From Felis catus (taxonomy: Eukaryota), in assembly GCF_018350175.1 (NCBI RefSeq), contig NC_058368.1, positions 54,562,001 to 54,626,000 on the forward strand: a stretch of 64,000 nt of DNA. The letters run 5' to 3'. A program made the position numbers and the translations under genes. Of the stretch, positions 52,521-64,000 are shown in pieces. The notes under the pieces are model-generated. The model was not told the origin of the DNA, made no database searches, and saw only the letters and a list, made by a program, of their open reading frames with translations. Each line of letters begins with the position of its first letter. Positions within the stretch are counted from its first letter, which is position 1.

Positions 52521-53186
52521 AGATTAAATAGTTTGTAAGGCTGTTGGAAATTAGCAGAACTAAGAAAGAAAAAACATGGTGGACTGTAGGGCCGTTTAGA
52601 AAATTATTCTACAGGTTGTTTATACAAGGCTCAATGTACTCAGAAGAGCCGACCTATGGCAGACATTTCCAATAATTTACATGTAAATTATCCACAAAGC
52701 ATGCAATTTACAAAAAAGCTGAGAATGAGTTTACAAGATTGATTTTCTCCACTATTCCAGCTTTAGCTATTAAAATATGTCTGTATTCATTCATTCTTTT
52801 ATCTGCCTACCAGTAAGTGATATGTTTCTCATAAACCAGTCAGATCCTAAGTCCCTTACTGTTCCCCAGGGAAATAACACTATATTTATCCAAGTATATA
52901 CCCAGGTTACTGACTTGATGTGATTTATGGCTCTAGGAGACTGTGAGTTTCAAAAGTACAAACCTTGTATCTTACTCATCTTTGTGTCCCTGCTGCTAGA
53001 ATACTGCTGGCCCTCAATGGTTGCTTATGTTATTTAATAAATTACCAGTTCTCTTCCTCAAAAATGTTTCCTGACTTAATTGTCTTGAATGCCCCAACTT
53101 AGCTTTCTTTTTTTGCATAAATATAGTTTGCAATTCGAATACATATGTACTATTTTGAAGGAATAGTATATTGAGTCATATCTCTT

Positions 53187-53437
53187 TTTTTTAAATCAAG
53201 TTACAAATTTTAATGTTTATTAAACATTGTGAGAGTTTATTAAACATTGTGAGAGAGAGAGACAGAGCATGAGCAGGGGAGGGGCAGAGAGAGAGGGAGA
53301 CACAGAATCAGAAGCAGGCTCCAGGCTCTGAGCTGTCAGCACAGAGCCCTACACAGGGCTCAAACTCATGGACCGTGAGATCATGAACTGAGCCAAAGTC
53401 GGACGCCCAACCAACCGAGCCACCACCCAGGCGCCTC
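53187..53437 (-). mobile_element. CAN-SINE with rearranged 3' end
   Basis: TSD agtcatatctctt at 53174-53186 and 53439-53451. Confidence 0.95.
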
Positions 53438-53647
53438 AAGTCATATCTCTTAAAGGAAAAACAAAACACCTATATCCTAAAATAAACTTTTCAGTAATAT
53501 TATGAGTACATCAGAAACAGAATGCCAATGATTTTTGCACAAAGAATATAGATTATGGGGTACACTGACTTTTGACAGGGCCTAGAATTAGGCTAAATTT
53601 CACAGATTGAGAGCAAGTATGGAAGGCTGTTCTCATTTGAGATAACT

Positions 53648-54255
53648 GTCACATGTTTGGGAATCCTCAGGCTATCCTTACTTCTGAGCACCTTGCTACA
53701 AACTTGGGGGATCCCATTACCCCCTCAGGTTTGATGAATACCTAGAATTACTCACAGAACTGAGAAAAGCAATATACTTACAATTACAATTTTATAGCAA
53801 CATGATACCAATCAGAACCAGTCAAAGGAAGGAACGCATAGGGCAAGATCTGGGAAGGTCCCAAAGTTTTGTTGTCTCCAGGACATGTTAACTGACATCG
53901 CACACTGATGTGTGACAATGTGCAGAGGATTGCTAGTCAAGAAAACTCTGGTGTCCAGAGTTTTTATTGGTATTCAATCACAAGCTGCCCATGTGTTTGA
54001 CTTTTAGCCTCTTATCCCTTCCTGGAGGCTTGGGATAATAGCTTTAATCTCTAGTTCCTCTGAAGGTTAAAAATAATATGGTATGTTCCAAAATCCCATC
54101 ATAAATCACAATGTTAGACTGTAACCAAAATCCTCAGGCAAACAAAGATACTCCTATCAGGCAGGATATTTCAGAGGCCTAGAGATCCTCTTTTAATAAT
54201 AGCCCAGAGTAAAGGCCAGACCTCTCTTTGAGTGAAGTTAATTCCTCACTACACA
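53648..54255 (-). mobile_element. MER21-like LTR
   Basis: cctcaggtttgatgaatacctagaattactcacagaact...aaaggccagacctctctttg...cactacaca. Confidence 0.75.
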
Positions 54256-54644
54256 TGGGACATTTATGATGTGGAGTATCACATGAAAGAATGCTTTTGT
54301 TAGGTTATAGTCAGGTGGTGAAGAGCAGAGATTTTCAAAGAAAACAGAAATTAATGGATATTTAAGCAAAGATCAATGACTTTGGGCTTTCATCTGGAAT
54401 TAGACTTCTCTCAGTCTCTTGACTATATTTTCCCTGATTATCATCACCTCATTTGACTAGTTGTTATCAGAATGTGTACAGGACATTCTCACCAGGGAAA
54501 ACTGAGCCTAGAAAATTTCACTGGAGATACCAGAGACTGAAGTGAGCAGCACTGCAAAACATCCGACAAAGCTGAAGTAAGCTGCAATAATTGTATTTTC
54601 CATTATTGGAGGTAAGATAAAAATCCATGTTAATTGAAATCCAT

Positions 54645-55000
54645 TGTATTAGTTTGCTGCAGTTGCCATAACAAAGTACCACAAACTGGATGGCTTTAAA
54701 AAAACAGAATTTTTTTCTCACAGTTCTGGAGACTAGAAGTCTCACATCAAGATATCAACGGAATTGGTTTATTCTGAGGTCTTTCTTCTTGGTCTGTAGA
54801 TCTTCATTCTATCTTCACATGGTTTTCCTTCTGTGTATGTGTCCCAATTTCCTTAAAAGGACACCAGTCATGTTGGATTAAGGCCTACCTTCATGACTTC
54901 ATTTTAACTTAATTATCTCTTTAAAGACCCTGTTTCTAAATATAGTCATATTCTAAGGTACTGGAGTTAGGCCTTCAACATATGAATTCAGCCTACAGAA
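54645..55000 (-). mobile_element. MaLR LTR (MLT1A/B-like)
   Basis: tgtattagtttgct...ccataacaaagtaccacaaactgg...aaggacaccagtcatgttggattaagg. Confidence 0.85.
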
Positions 55001-55386
55001 CCATGGGTCCGTTACCAGTCTTATCAGTGCTTTTTCCATCCAGTTAGTGAGTAGTGTTCTCCATATATAATTTTTTGATGTCTCTGCAGTGTAACATACT
55101 AAGTAGTTTCAAAAATTATTATACTTAATTTATATGATAACCAATAATATGAGTTTATTTCATTTAAGTGAATATTTTGTATCTGATGCTTTTCTACATT
55201 AATTTGGTAATTTTCGTAGGTAATTAAATAAATAAGGATTATAGTAATGACAATTTATAATTTATTAGCAATTAGCAATATGTTTCTTAAAAAACACATA
55301 AATGTATGTTACTAAAATTTCAAATAATGATTAAAAAATTTGTATAGACAAATCTAGGTAAAAATTTTAAAAATATTTATTTTTGG

Positions 55387-55597
55387 GGGGCGCCTGGGTG
55401 GCGCAGTCGGTTAAGCATCCGACTTCAGCCAGGTCACGATCTCGCGGTCCGTGAGTTCGAGCCCCGCCTCAGGCTCTGGGCTGATGGCTCAGAGCCTGGA
55501 GCCTGTTTCCGATTCTGTGTCTCCCTCTCTCTCTGCCCCTCCCCCGTTCATGCTCTGTCTCTCTCTGTCCCAAAAATAAATAAACGTTGAAAAAAAT
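55387..55597 (+). mobile_element. Young SINEC_Fc
   Basis: CpG-rich, near-consensus; TSD tatttattttt(t)gg. Confidence 0.96.
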
Positions 55598-56639
55598 TAT
55601 TTATTTTTTGGAAGTGATATTTAAACAGTCTTACCCCAATGTGATTATTTTGAATCTAATAAAGAAGCAATGGGAGCTGTTAAAATAACTTTTGGTTATT
55701 GTCTTCTATAAAAAATAATTTATATATACACTTTTCAATTTATTGTAATTTGTATATCTAGATTTCTTTCTTCCCATGAGATATTTTATAGTCTTCTATA
55801 AAGATTGATTCCATAAAAATGCATCATCTTGCCATGTTTAAGGGAGATTTTATTATATGCTCTGTCTACCCCTTGGTGCATCAGTTAAATGGGAAAGTAT
55901 TAGTAAAGGATTTGAGACTTTTTTTAAGGGTGAAGGTAAGAGGAATCAAGAAGGGTGCTTTCTAAGTAAACTGAAGCTAGATTTGAAATAAAGCAAAAAA
56001 CTTCAATAAGAATATGATGTATGTAATGTGGTACTTTACCATTTTAAAAGGACAAAGGAATGGTCCTTATTAGCCCAAGAGGTAATTCTGTACAGTTATT
56101 ACAATTCATACATTATTGGTTACATTTAAAACTCTAACATATTTTGAAGGAAGTTAATATTTTCACAGACTATGATAATACAAGAATTCTCACTCTAAAA
56201 ATGTACCATTAAAAACCACAATTATATAAGCTATTTCATCTTTGGAAAGATAAGATGTTTCTCTGAATTAATTCCAAGAGATTTTTGCCAAAGACATTCT
56301 ATAACATTTTCTGAAACACATGGATAAGTATTTATTGAAAAGGGAAATTCCAATTAAACCGTGATTTTTAATGTTCAAGCACTGTTGTCACTAATCAAAA
56401 GAAAATAACATCATATGCTATACTTGATAAAATAGCATAATAGCATATGACTTTCCAAGTATTTCCTTGTGCTATTTTTTTAAAAAGGCATCAATTTGGC
56501 AATTTATTATAATTAATATTTTGACTGCTTATTATAGGAAAGGCATTAGACATTGGGCATTTTTCTTGTTGAGGCTGACTGGAGTTGGAAAAATTGGGTA
56601 GGGAAAAGCTGATAATTTCAGTTGCTTTTCTTTGAAGCC

Positions 56640-57360
56640 TTTCAGGTTAGTTGGGAGTAATTATAAAGGAACTACAGATATTTTAGAAGACATCTGAAAC
56701 AATGGACTAGGATGGAGGAAGTGGGAACGAGGAAGGCTGTAAGGAAGAACTGTGTAGTTCAGGTAGCAAGAGGTAGTGACTTGGGCAAGGAGGGGTGTAT
56801 ATAATGGAAACAAGCAGATGCGTTAAATATATATTTTTAAGATTAAGCTGATGGAACTTAATAATGAATTCAACTGGTAAGGGATGTGGAGGTAAAGAGA
56901 AAAATTTGGGATAATTACTATATATTTTTTGGTTTACTATTTAGTTAAGTGTTATATAATTGCTAGCACGACAAATTGGGAAAATAGCAGGTCTGCAAAG
57001 GAGTAAACCAAATGTTTTCCTTTAGACATGTGAAGTTTGAGATATAGAATCGTCATTTAAGTAGGTACATCAAGAAAGTCCCAGATGCATCTGCTCCTTA
57101 AATTGTGAATTAGAGTAGGCTGCAGAAATGTGTGTTGTCAGTTTGCAGATGTTATATAAAGCTAAGTTGTTATCCTATAGGGAAGGAATGAAGGTGGAGA
57201 GGCAGTTAGGATTAAGAATGAACTTCAGGGCACTAGAATTCATAAATAAGTGTAAAAAGCAGCAAAGGAGACCAAGAAGAGGACAATACATCAGAGAAAA
57301 GCACAGAAAGACAAGTTTAAAAAGCAAGAAGTCATTACCAGAATTAGAAAATGCCTGAGA
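56640..57360 (-). mobile_element. L2 fragment
   Basis: ggaaggctgt...gtagttcaggtagcaagaggtagtgacttgg...tttagacatgtgaagtttgagat. Confidence 0.6.
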
Positions 57361-57518
57361 TGTGAACAAAGAAGTGGTTGAATACACCCAAATCATCAAG
57401 AAATACTCTCAGCTCAACACTCAAAAGACAGTCAGATTTGACTACTTCCTACCACCTTCCGTCCTTTTACCAGCCACCAAACTCATTTTTCCATCATCAG
57501 CTCTACTCTGATATATTC

Positions 57519-57866
57519 TGATAGTTTCTGTACATTTGATTAGGCTATAGTTTCCAGTTGTCTTGTCAAACACGTCTAGATGTTGCTGTGAGGGTGTTTT
57601 TAGAGGTGATTAACATTTACAATCAGTACACTTTGAGTAAAGTATATTACCATCCATAATGTGGATGGGCCTCTCCAATCATCAGATGGAGGCCTTAAGA
57701 GGAAACAGAGATTTCCTAAAGAAGAAACAATTCTGTTTAAAGCCTGCAACATAGAAATCCTGCCTGAGTTTCCAGTCTGCCAGCTTGCCCTGAAGGTATC
57801 AGACACTCCAGCCCTAGAAATAGTATGAGCTAATTCTTTTTAAAATCTCTCACCCTATCTCCACAC

Positions 57867-57916
<50 letters not shown>

Positions 57917-57968
57917 ATACACACACATTGCACATACATATTCTATTTCCGTGGAGAACCCTAATACA
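57519..57968 (+). mobile_element. MLT2D-like ERVL LTR containing (CA)n
   Basis: tctagatgttgctgtgagg...ccataatgtggatgggcctc...gtggagaaccctaataca. Confidence 0.85.
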
Positions 57969-58734
57969 CTTAAATGGTTTCCCTGTTTTCAGACTTGTTT
58001 CTCTAGAAACTGTCTTCCACATATCAATCACAGTAACACTTTTAAAACTTAAATTTGATAGTGTCATTCCTCAGTTTTCTTTGGCTTTTGGTGGTTTCTT
58101 ATTTTAGTCAAATTAAAATCCAAAGCCATTGCCATGTTCTAAAAGGCCATATGCATATAAGATATGACTTTTCTGTAACACCTGTGGCCACATTCGCTAC
58201 CAAGGAGGTCTGGATAAATCTACTTCAGCCACACTCACCTATTCACATATGCATATTTCCATCTCAGAGCCTTTCTACTTCTTGTTTCTTTTATACGGAA
58301 CATTTGTCCCCAAGAAGCCCTATAACTCACCCTCTTGTTTCTCAAGGTCTTTAAGTCTTTTCTCAATAGTTTGTTCTCCATGAAAAACAATCTCGATTTC
58401 TCAATAATATGTTCCCCGGCTATTCTGTATAAGATAACACCCATCCATATTTACTTTCTATATGCATTATCTTTGTTTCTTTATTTTCATTTCAATACTT
58501 ATAACCACCTGACACACACATATTTATTTATATTCCATTGTCCATTTATTGCCACTATGTTATAAGTGACTAGATACTGAGTCAGCAGTTAATATTAATT
58601 GGTTGTAATAGTGAATAAATAGATGTTTATTGGTTGTTGGTTCCTGGTATAGATAGAGGTATTCATCTCAGGGATGGAGTAGGCTAATAATTTAAATTAA
58701 TGGAAAGAGAGGTGACATTAAGTATTACTGAGTA

Positions 58735-59148
58735 TGGTAAGTAGAAGCATGATCCACACACACTGATGATGTGGGCATCCTAATTCCCAGAATCTGTGAA
58801 TATGTTACCTAATATGACAAAACGGATTTTGCAGATGGACCAAGGCTAAGGAACTTAAAATGGAGAGATTATCCCGTATTAGCTAGGTAAGTCAAATGTA
58901 ATTACACGAGTTCTTGAAAGCATAGAACCATTTTCAACTATAATGGAAAGATGTAATGACTGCACAAGTGTCAGAGAAATTCAACATTGCTAGCTTTGAA
59001 AATGGAAGAAGGAGACTAAGAGCCAAAGAATTTGGGTGACTTCTAAAATCTGGAATTCTGACCTACAAAGATGTAAATGATACATTAGTTTTGTTTTAAG
59101 GTACTAAAGTTGTTGTAAGTTGATACAGCAGCAATAAAAATCAAATGC
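58735..59148 (+). mobile_element. MaLR LTR (MLT1D-like)
   Basis: tcctaattcccagaatctgtgaatatgttacc...ggattttgcagatg...cagcagcaataaaaa. Confidence 0.8.
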
Positions 59149-59642
59149 TCTGAGTATAAGATGAGTAGATATTGGGGATGGATTTTAGCAATCCTAGTAA
59201 ATATGAATTAATTTGTTACTTGATTCATTCAACAAATACTGATCAAGAATTTTCTAAGTACAAGATGGTTAACTGGCACAGAAATTACAGTGTTGATTGA
59301 AGTAGACATGCTTCTTTGTACCCCTAGAGGTTAAAATTAAATAAGAAAACCATTAACCAAATTTTTTTCAAAAATATAGAACTATGAACTTTTAATAAAT
59401 TAATTGATGGGAATCTAAAGGTAGCTTTGGGAATATATGCCATGACAACTAAAAAGCAGAAAATAAACATGCAGAGGGAGGGAAAACCATGAAGCCAGGG
59501 CCAACCCTGAGAAACAGTATAGTCAAAAGCTGTGAATCAAGAATAACAGAGTCAGCAAAAAAGAAATAACTTTCATGTGACTGGTACATAGTGAAGGAAG
59601 GAGGAGAGAGATAGAAGATGAAACTAAAGAGATCAGAGTCCA

Positions 59643-59827
59643 GGGTTGGCTGGGTGGCCCAGTCGGTAAGCATCCAACTTTGACTCGGTTATGGATTGAT
59701 CTTGCCGTTGGAGCCCCACACTGGGCTCTCCACTCTCAGTGCAGCACCAGCTTTGGATCCTCTGTCTCCCTCTCTTTCTGCCCCTTTCCCCTCGTGCTCT
59801 ATCTCTCTCTGTCAAAAATAAACTTGA
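59643..59827 (+). mobile_element. Older, diverged CAN-SINE inside an L2 remnant
   Basis: gggttggctgggtggcccagtcgg; TSD ag(a/t)tcagagtc. Confidence 0.85.
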
Positions 59828-60927
59828 AGAGTTCAGAGTCTACTAATCTCTATTACTGTATTTGAGTAGCAAAGTATTTCTCTTATCACATTCTGCTTTT
59901 CAAATTGAATGTAATTTGTAACATCAACACACAAATGGGAAATTGAAATTTAGTCACTGCAGTAAAAACTGTTTCCTGGTAACAAATTTGTTCAGAACTA
60001 TTTTAAAGGAAGAACAAATTTGGCTGTTTTCACATTATATTATTTATAATAATATTTAAATATGAGCATATAAAACAGTATATCAATTTTTCATGCTTAA
60101 AGTTCTTACAGTAACTATAAAATCTAAATTACTATACAAATTAAATGCAAGCAAAATACAAAACCAATGCATTTCAAGGTATCACTTTATTTTAATGTAA
60201 AAGATAATGTTTAGGAAATACTAAGTTCCCACTCAATTCAGGAACTTTGAAAAATGCACGGCCTAGAATCTTTTGAACTTGGTAAACCTATCCTTCCTAA
60301 AAATAAGTCTGTTGATAGGTCAAGTTTTCACTATTCTTCTTTACTGAAACTTCTTTGAAAGCTTTCCTAGAATATATTTCCAGATTAACATCTAATATTA
60401 TTACAATGAAATGGCTTACATCAATGCATTTTAACTACAATTCCAAGACCATCTATATTAGAATCACCTGAAAATACTTTTGAATATTATCATTCTCAGC
60501 TGCCCAGAAATCATAACTTCTAATAAACATTTTAAGGTAATAATTATCAATGCTACATAAAATAAGGACATATGGTTTTCATACTTTTTGTGAGAAGTGA
60601 CAAAAGAATTTGCTTCTTTTAACGCTGCTAATTAAAATTTGCTTTCCATCAAAAACAGAATTTCCCAACCTTGACTGAGTAAATTTTAACTAGCATATTA
60701 TTTTAATAATTTCTAAGAAAAAATCATTGCAATAGCCTTAGGCTGTTATGTGTTGTGCTTTAGATAGAAATTAAAGTTGAAAAAAATTTTCAAGGAACAC
60801 GCATTTTCAAAAATGATACTTGAGAATAACATCACTTATATAAATAGCATGAAATGCTAGACTCCATATACACTATTATGACACACTTATGAATTTTAAA
60901 AATTCAAAGATGCTAGATGTTGGTGAG

Positions 60928-63087
60928 TGTCCTAACATAAAGCTTTCCCTGAAATGACATCAGGAGACATGGGGTTCTCTGTGGTAGCTTATTTCCAAGG
61001 AAACCAACTGGAGAAAGTAGAGAAAGAGGAACAAGAGAGGAGAGAAAGGCAATCTGAAGATGTATTACTCAGGGGTATTTTGTGAGCAAGAGAAGCTTGA
61101 CCCCACTGGAACACCTGGAGGGAACTGTGTAATACTCCTCAGACTGGTCCCACCAAAACACTCTCACCCTCTAATGGTCTTGGGTTTCCCCTGCAGGACT
61201 TAACTCTGCCCCATTTCCAGGTTTACTCTGCTCCCATGTCAGAGTACATGAAAGAAACGCAGAGAAAAAGCCTCAATCAAGACAGAGAATATAAGGTTCC
61301 ATGGGGAACTGAAGAGAGCTGCTGTCAGGCTATAACCAGTGGGCAGCTGGTTTTCCCAGCAATGTCTGGTACGTGGCATTTAATCAAGGGAGTATGAGAT
61401 GGAACACAAAAACATAGCACGGAATCTCCCACTTGCACCATTCACATTTACTTGTGTCCCACCTATAGTAGAGCCTTCACACAACTTTTAAGAGGTAATC
61501 AGTGACAACCTCTCCAAAAATATTTAGTATAAGAGAGTTAGTGGAACTAGCTATAATGCCCTCCAAAAACTTGTTGTAAGGTCAAAATTAAAAGTCATCA
61601 TCCCTGTGTCTCATCAACCATTCCAGACATCCTTCACTCTAGGGCAGCATTTCAACATTTTTAGATTGTTGGGGTTTCATCTCCTGGGGTTGAATTCCTT
61701 AGTTTCTTTACTTTTGCAAAGTTTGTGGTTATTCTAGTGCCTATTTATCCTTATAATTAGGCACTGAAGTGTCAAAATATATTCCAGTGAATCCACTCTT
61801 GTGCTTCCAAACATGTTCTTTTCTGGTGCTAATGTGCAGTCACACCTATATCATAGCACCTACATCATAGCAATTAGGATCAGTCACCTGTGTCAGTATA
61901 ACTTATTTTTCTGTCTGCTGCTTCTCTGGCATGGGAAAGTCAAAATAACTAGGTACTAATTGTAGCTTCTGGTTCAGTGGAATCCTTAATGTTTCCCAAG
62001 GGAAAGTATTGGTCTAGGGATCTTAGGAACTAGGCTTTTAATACAGCAGAACCTAAAGATGGGAAAAGTCAAGTAAGGGATAGATAAGGGAAAAAAGCCT
62101 ACTTCTACATCTTAATAACTAGACCTAGATATTGTAGTTATTGAGGACACAGCCCTATGCATTAGCAGTGGATTCAGTGCATATGCTATCGAGTATGGAG
62201 AACGAGTCTCTGACCTCCAGGGTATTGCCTATGAATTGATACCTCAGTTGAATTTTGCAACAGGGTATATACCATACTCTATTAAGCTGACTGCTTCCAG
62301 CTAACAAAATAAGATCATTTAACTTTGTATTCACATGCCCATTAAAATTTTTTTTCATAGGTAGATTCTTTCCTTGGTCTGAGAAATATCTCTAAGATCT
62401 CATGTTGATCAATTAGTCATTCTGTAAGTCTTTAGACAGCCATGAGGACAGATGCACTGCAGCAATGCAGCTAGTGAGGGTAAACCTACACTAGGGATGT
62501 TCATTCAGATGAGGTCAAATTACTGAGTCTTCCAACATGATGGTATTACCCGATACCAAGTGACCTCTTGAGGAATGGAGCTGTACTGAGGGCTAAGTTT
62601 CTGTCTCCGCTAAAGGCTTGCTGGGAATTCAGCAATGGCATTAGCTAGATCATGCTTAGTAAGAGGCATCTCATGCTGTTGGGACAAGACATGAGTTCCA
62701 TCCCTCCACCAAAATCTTTCCTTTCATGACTCCTAGAGGCTAAAAGGAGGGCCTGGCTGACGTCTACAGAATGAGTCATGCCTCCTGTGTTGTGGGTATT
62801 TTATAGTAGGCATTAATGTGAAACTCAAACATTTACATATATAGTGATCACTTTTTGTCAGCCCAACCACCAATCTCTTTATTAAACTTCCTAGTTTCCA
62901 TTGTTCCAATCTTGTTCTTTACACGCCCATGAAAATTCAGCCAATCCATTCATTACTGGGAGCAGTTGCTGTATAACCACAACTTACATACAAGTGAATG
63001 GTCAAGTACACTATTCATAACTTTGCTCACAGAAAGGATTGCCTTTACAAATGTACTTCAGGGCCATGCTTTAATTGAATGTAATGT
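60928..63087 (-). mobile_element. ERVL LTR (LTR33/LTR16-like) plus internal/pol remnant
   Basis: LTR-like 60928 to about 61420; 62640-62830 is homologous to the integrase region at 35720-35920. Confidence 0.6.
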
Positions 63088-63224
63088 GGGCTGACAGCTC
63101 AGAGCCTGGAGCCAGCTTCAGATTCTGTGTCTCCCTCTCTCTCTGCCCCTCCCCAACTTGCACATTTGCATGCTCTCTCTCTCTCTGTCTCTCAATCTCA
63201 AAAATAAATAAACATTAAAAAAAA
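63088..63224 (+). mobile_element. 5'-truncated CAN-SINE
   Basis: Starts at ggctgacagctcagagcctgg; tRNA-derived head absent; no TSD found. Confidence 0.9.
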
Positions 63225-64000
63225 TCTCACTTTGTGCTATAAGCCACATGCGAGCCTTGATTGAAGATATTGTGTTCAGTCTGAAGAATATTTAAGGTTT
63301 CCAATTAAATGTATACTTGTCAGAAAAAGATAATAAAATAAAATATCATGAAAGTTCCTATAAAATTTAGTGTAGTTCTGTTGGCATAATTCTATAAAAA
63401 TTTAATTTTTATAGACCAATTATTTCAAAAGATTTAAAAATGCAATATAAAAAACAAAAGAAAAAAGGCAATAGGCATAATTTATTTTTTGTGAATAATT
63501 TTAAAAGGCATTAAATACAATATTATCTGAAGTGTTATCATTACAGTGAGAGCTACCTTTATTTAGATTTGGGAAGGAAAATTCAAACGTGCTAATTTGT
63601 GTTGTTTCCAATTTGTATATTACCAATACGGTTTTCAAAGAACATGCATGTACAAATTTTTGAGTGGTAATGTTTCATTTCTTTGAGACCAAATATGCTT
63701 CTGTTCTTTTCCCCATTGTTTTTTTTTATTTGTTTGATTTTCAACTGTAATAAATTCTATACACTTATATTCAAGTTCAATGAGTTTTTCCTCTGCTATG
63801 TTCAGTATATACGTATATATACACACATATGTATTTATTTATATACTAATATGTATTATATACATTAAATATATATTATATTTGCATTTCCATTTGTCTA
63901 ATTTTATATTTTCCATCTCTGTGCTATTCCATATCTGTTCATGCATATTCTATACCTTTTCCACTGATCCTTTATAATGTTAAAAGTTACTTAAAAATAT

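Noticed and set aside
1..64000. CRISPR array, operon, CpG-island promoter, rRNA or other prokaryote-type system
   Set aside because: The sequence is clearly mammalian; there are no regularly spaced repeats with unique spacers, no long non-TE ORFs and no CpG island outside young SINEs

Overview
AT-rich, repeat-dense mammalian (felid, most likely Felis-lineage) non-coding DNA. The assignment rests on about 27 tRNA-derived CAN-SINEs, several of them the young SINEC_Fc type with intact target-site duplications (TSDs). I found no confidently recognisable host gene. The only ORF with a real protein signature is a 234-aa reverse-transcriptase fragment of a 5'-truncated carnivore L1 (19737-22532), which is itself interrupted by a solo LTR. 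The rest is a layered record of old L1M, L2, MIR, MaLR/ERVL LTRs and pol remnants, hAT MITEs, a second intact solo LTR (50084-50497) and microsatellites. The best leads are a convergent pair of CTCF-like motifs sharing 13 identical bases (24308 and 42861), an excess of closely spaced inverted SINE pairs, the LTR nested in the L1, an in-frame ATG supplied by the L1 TSD, small STAT-motif clusters and a weak candidate terminal exon near 341. I see no evidence of a novel coding system. Repeat subfamily names come from recall of consensus sequences, not from a search, and boundaries of old repeats are approximate.
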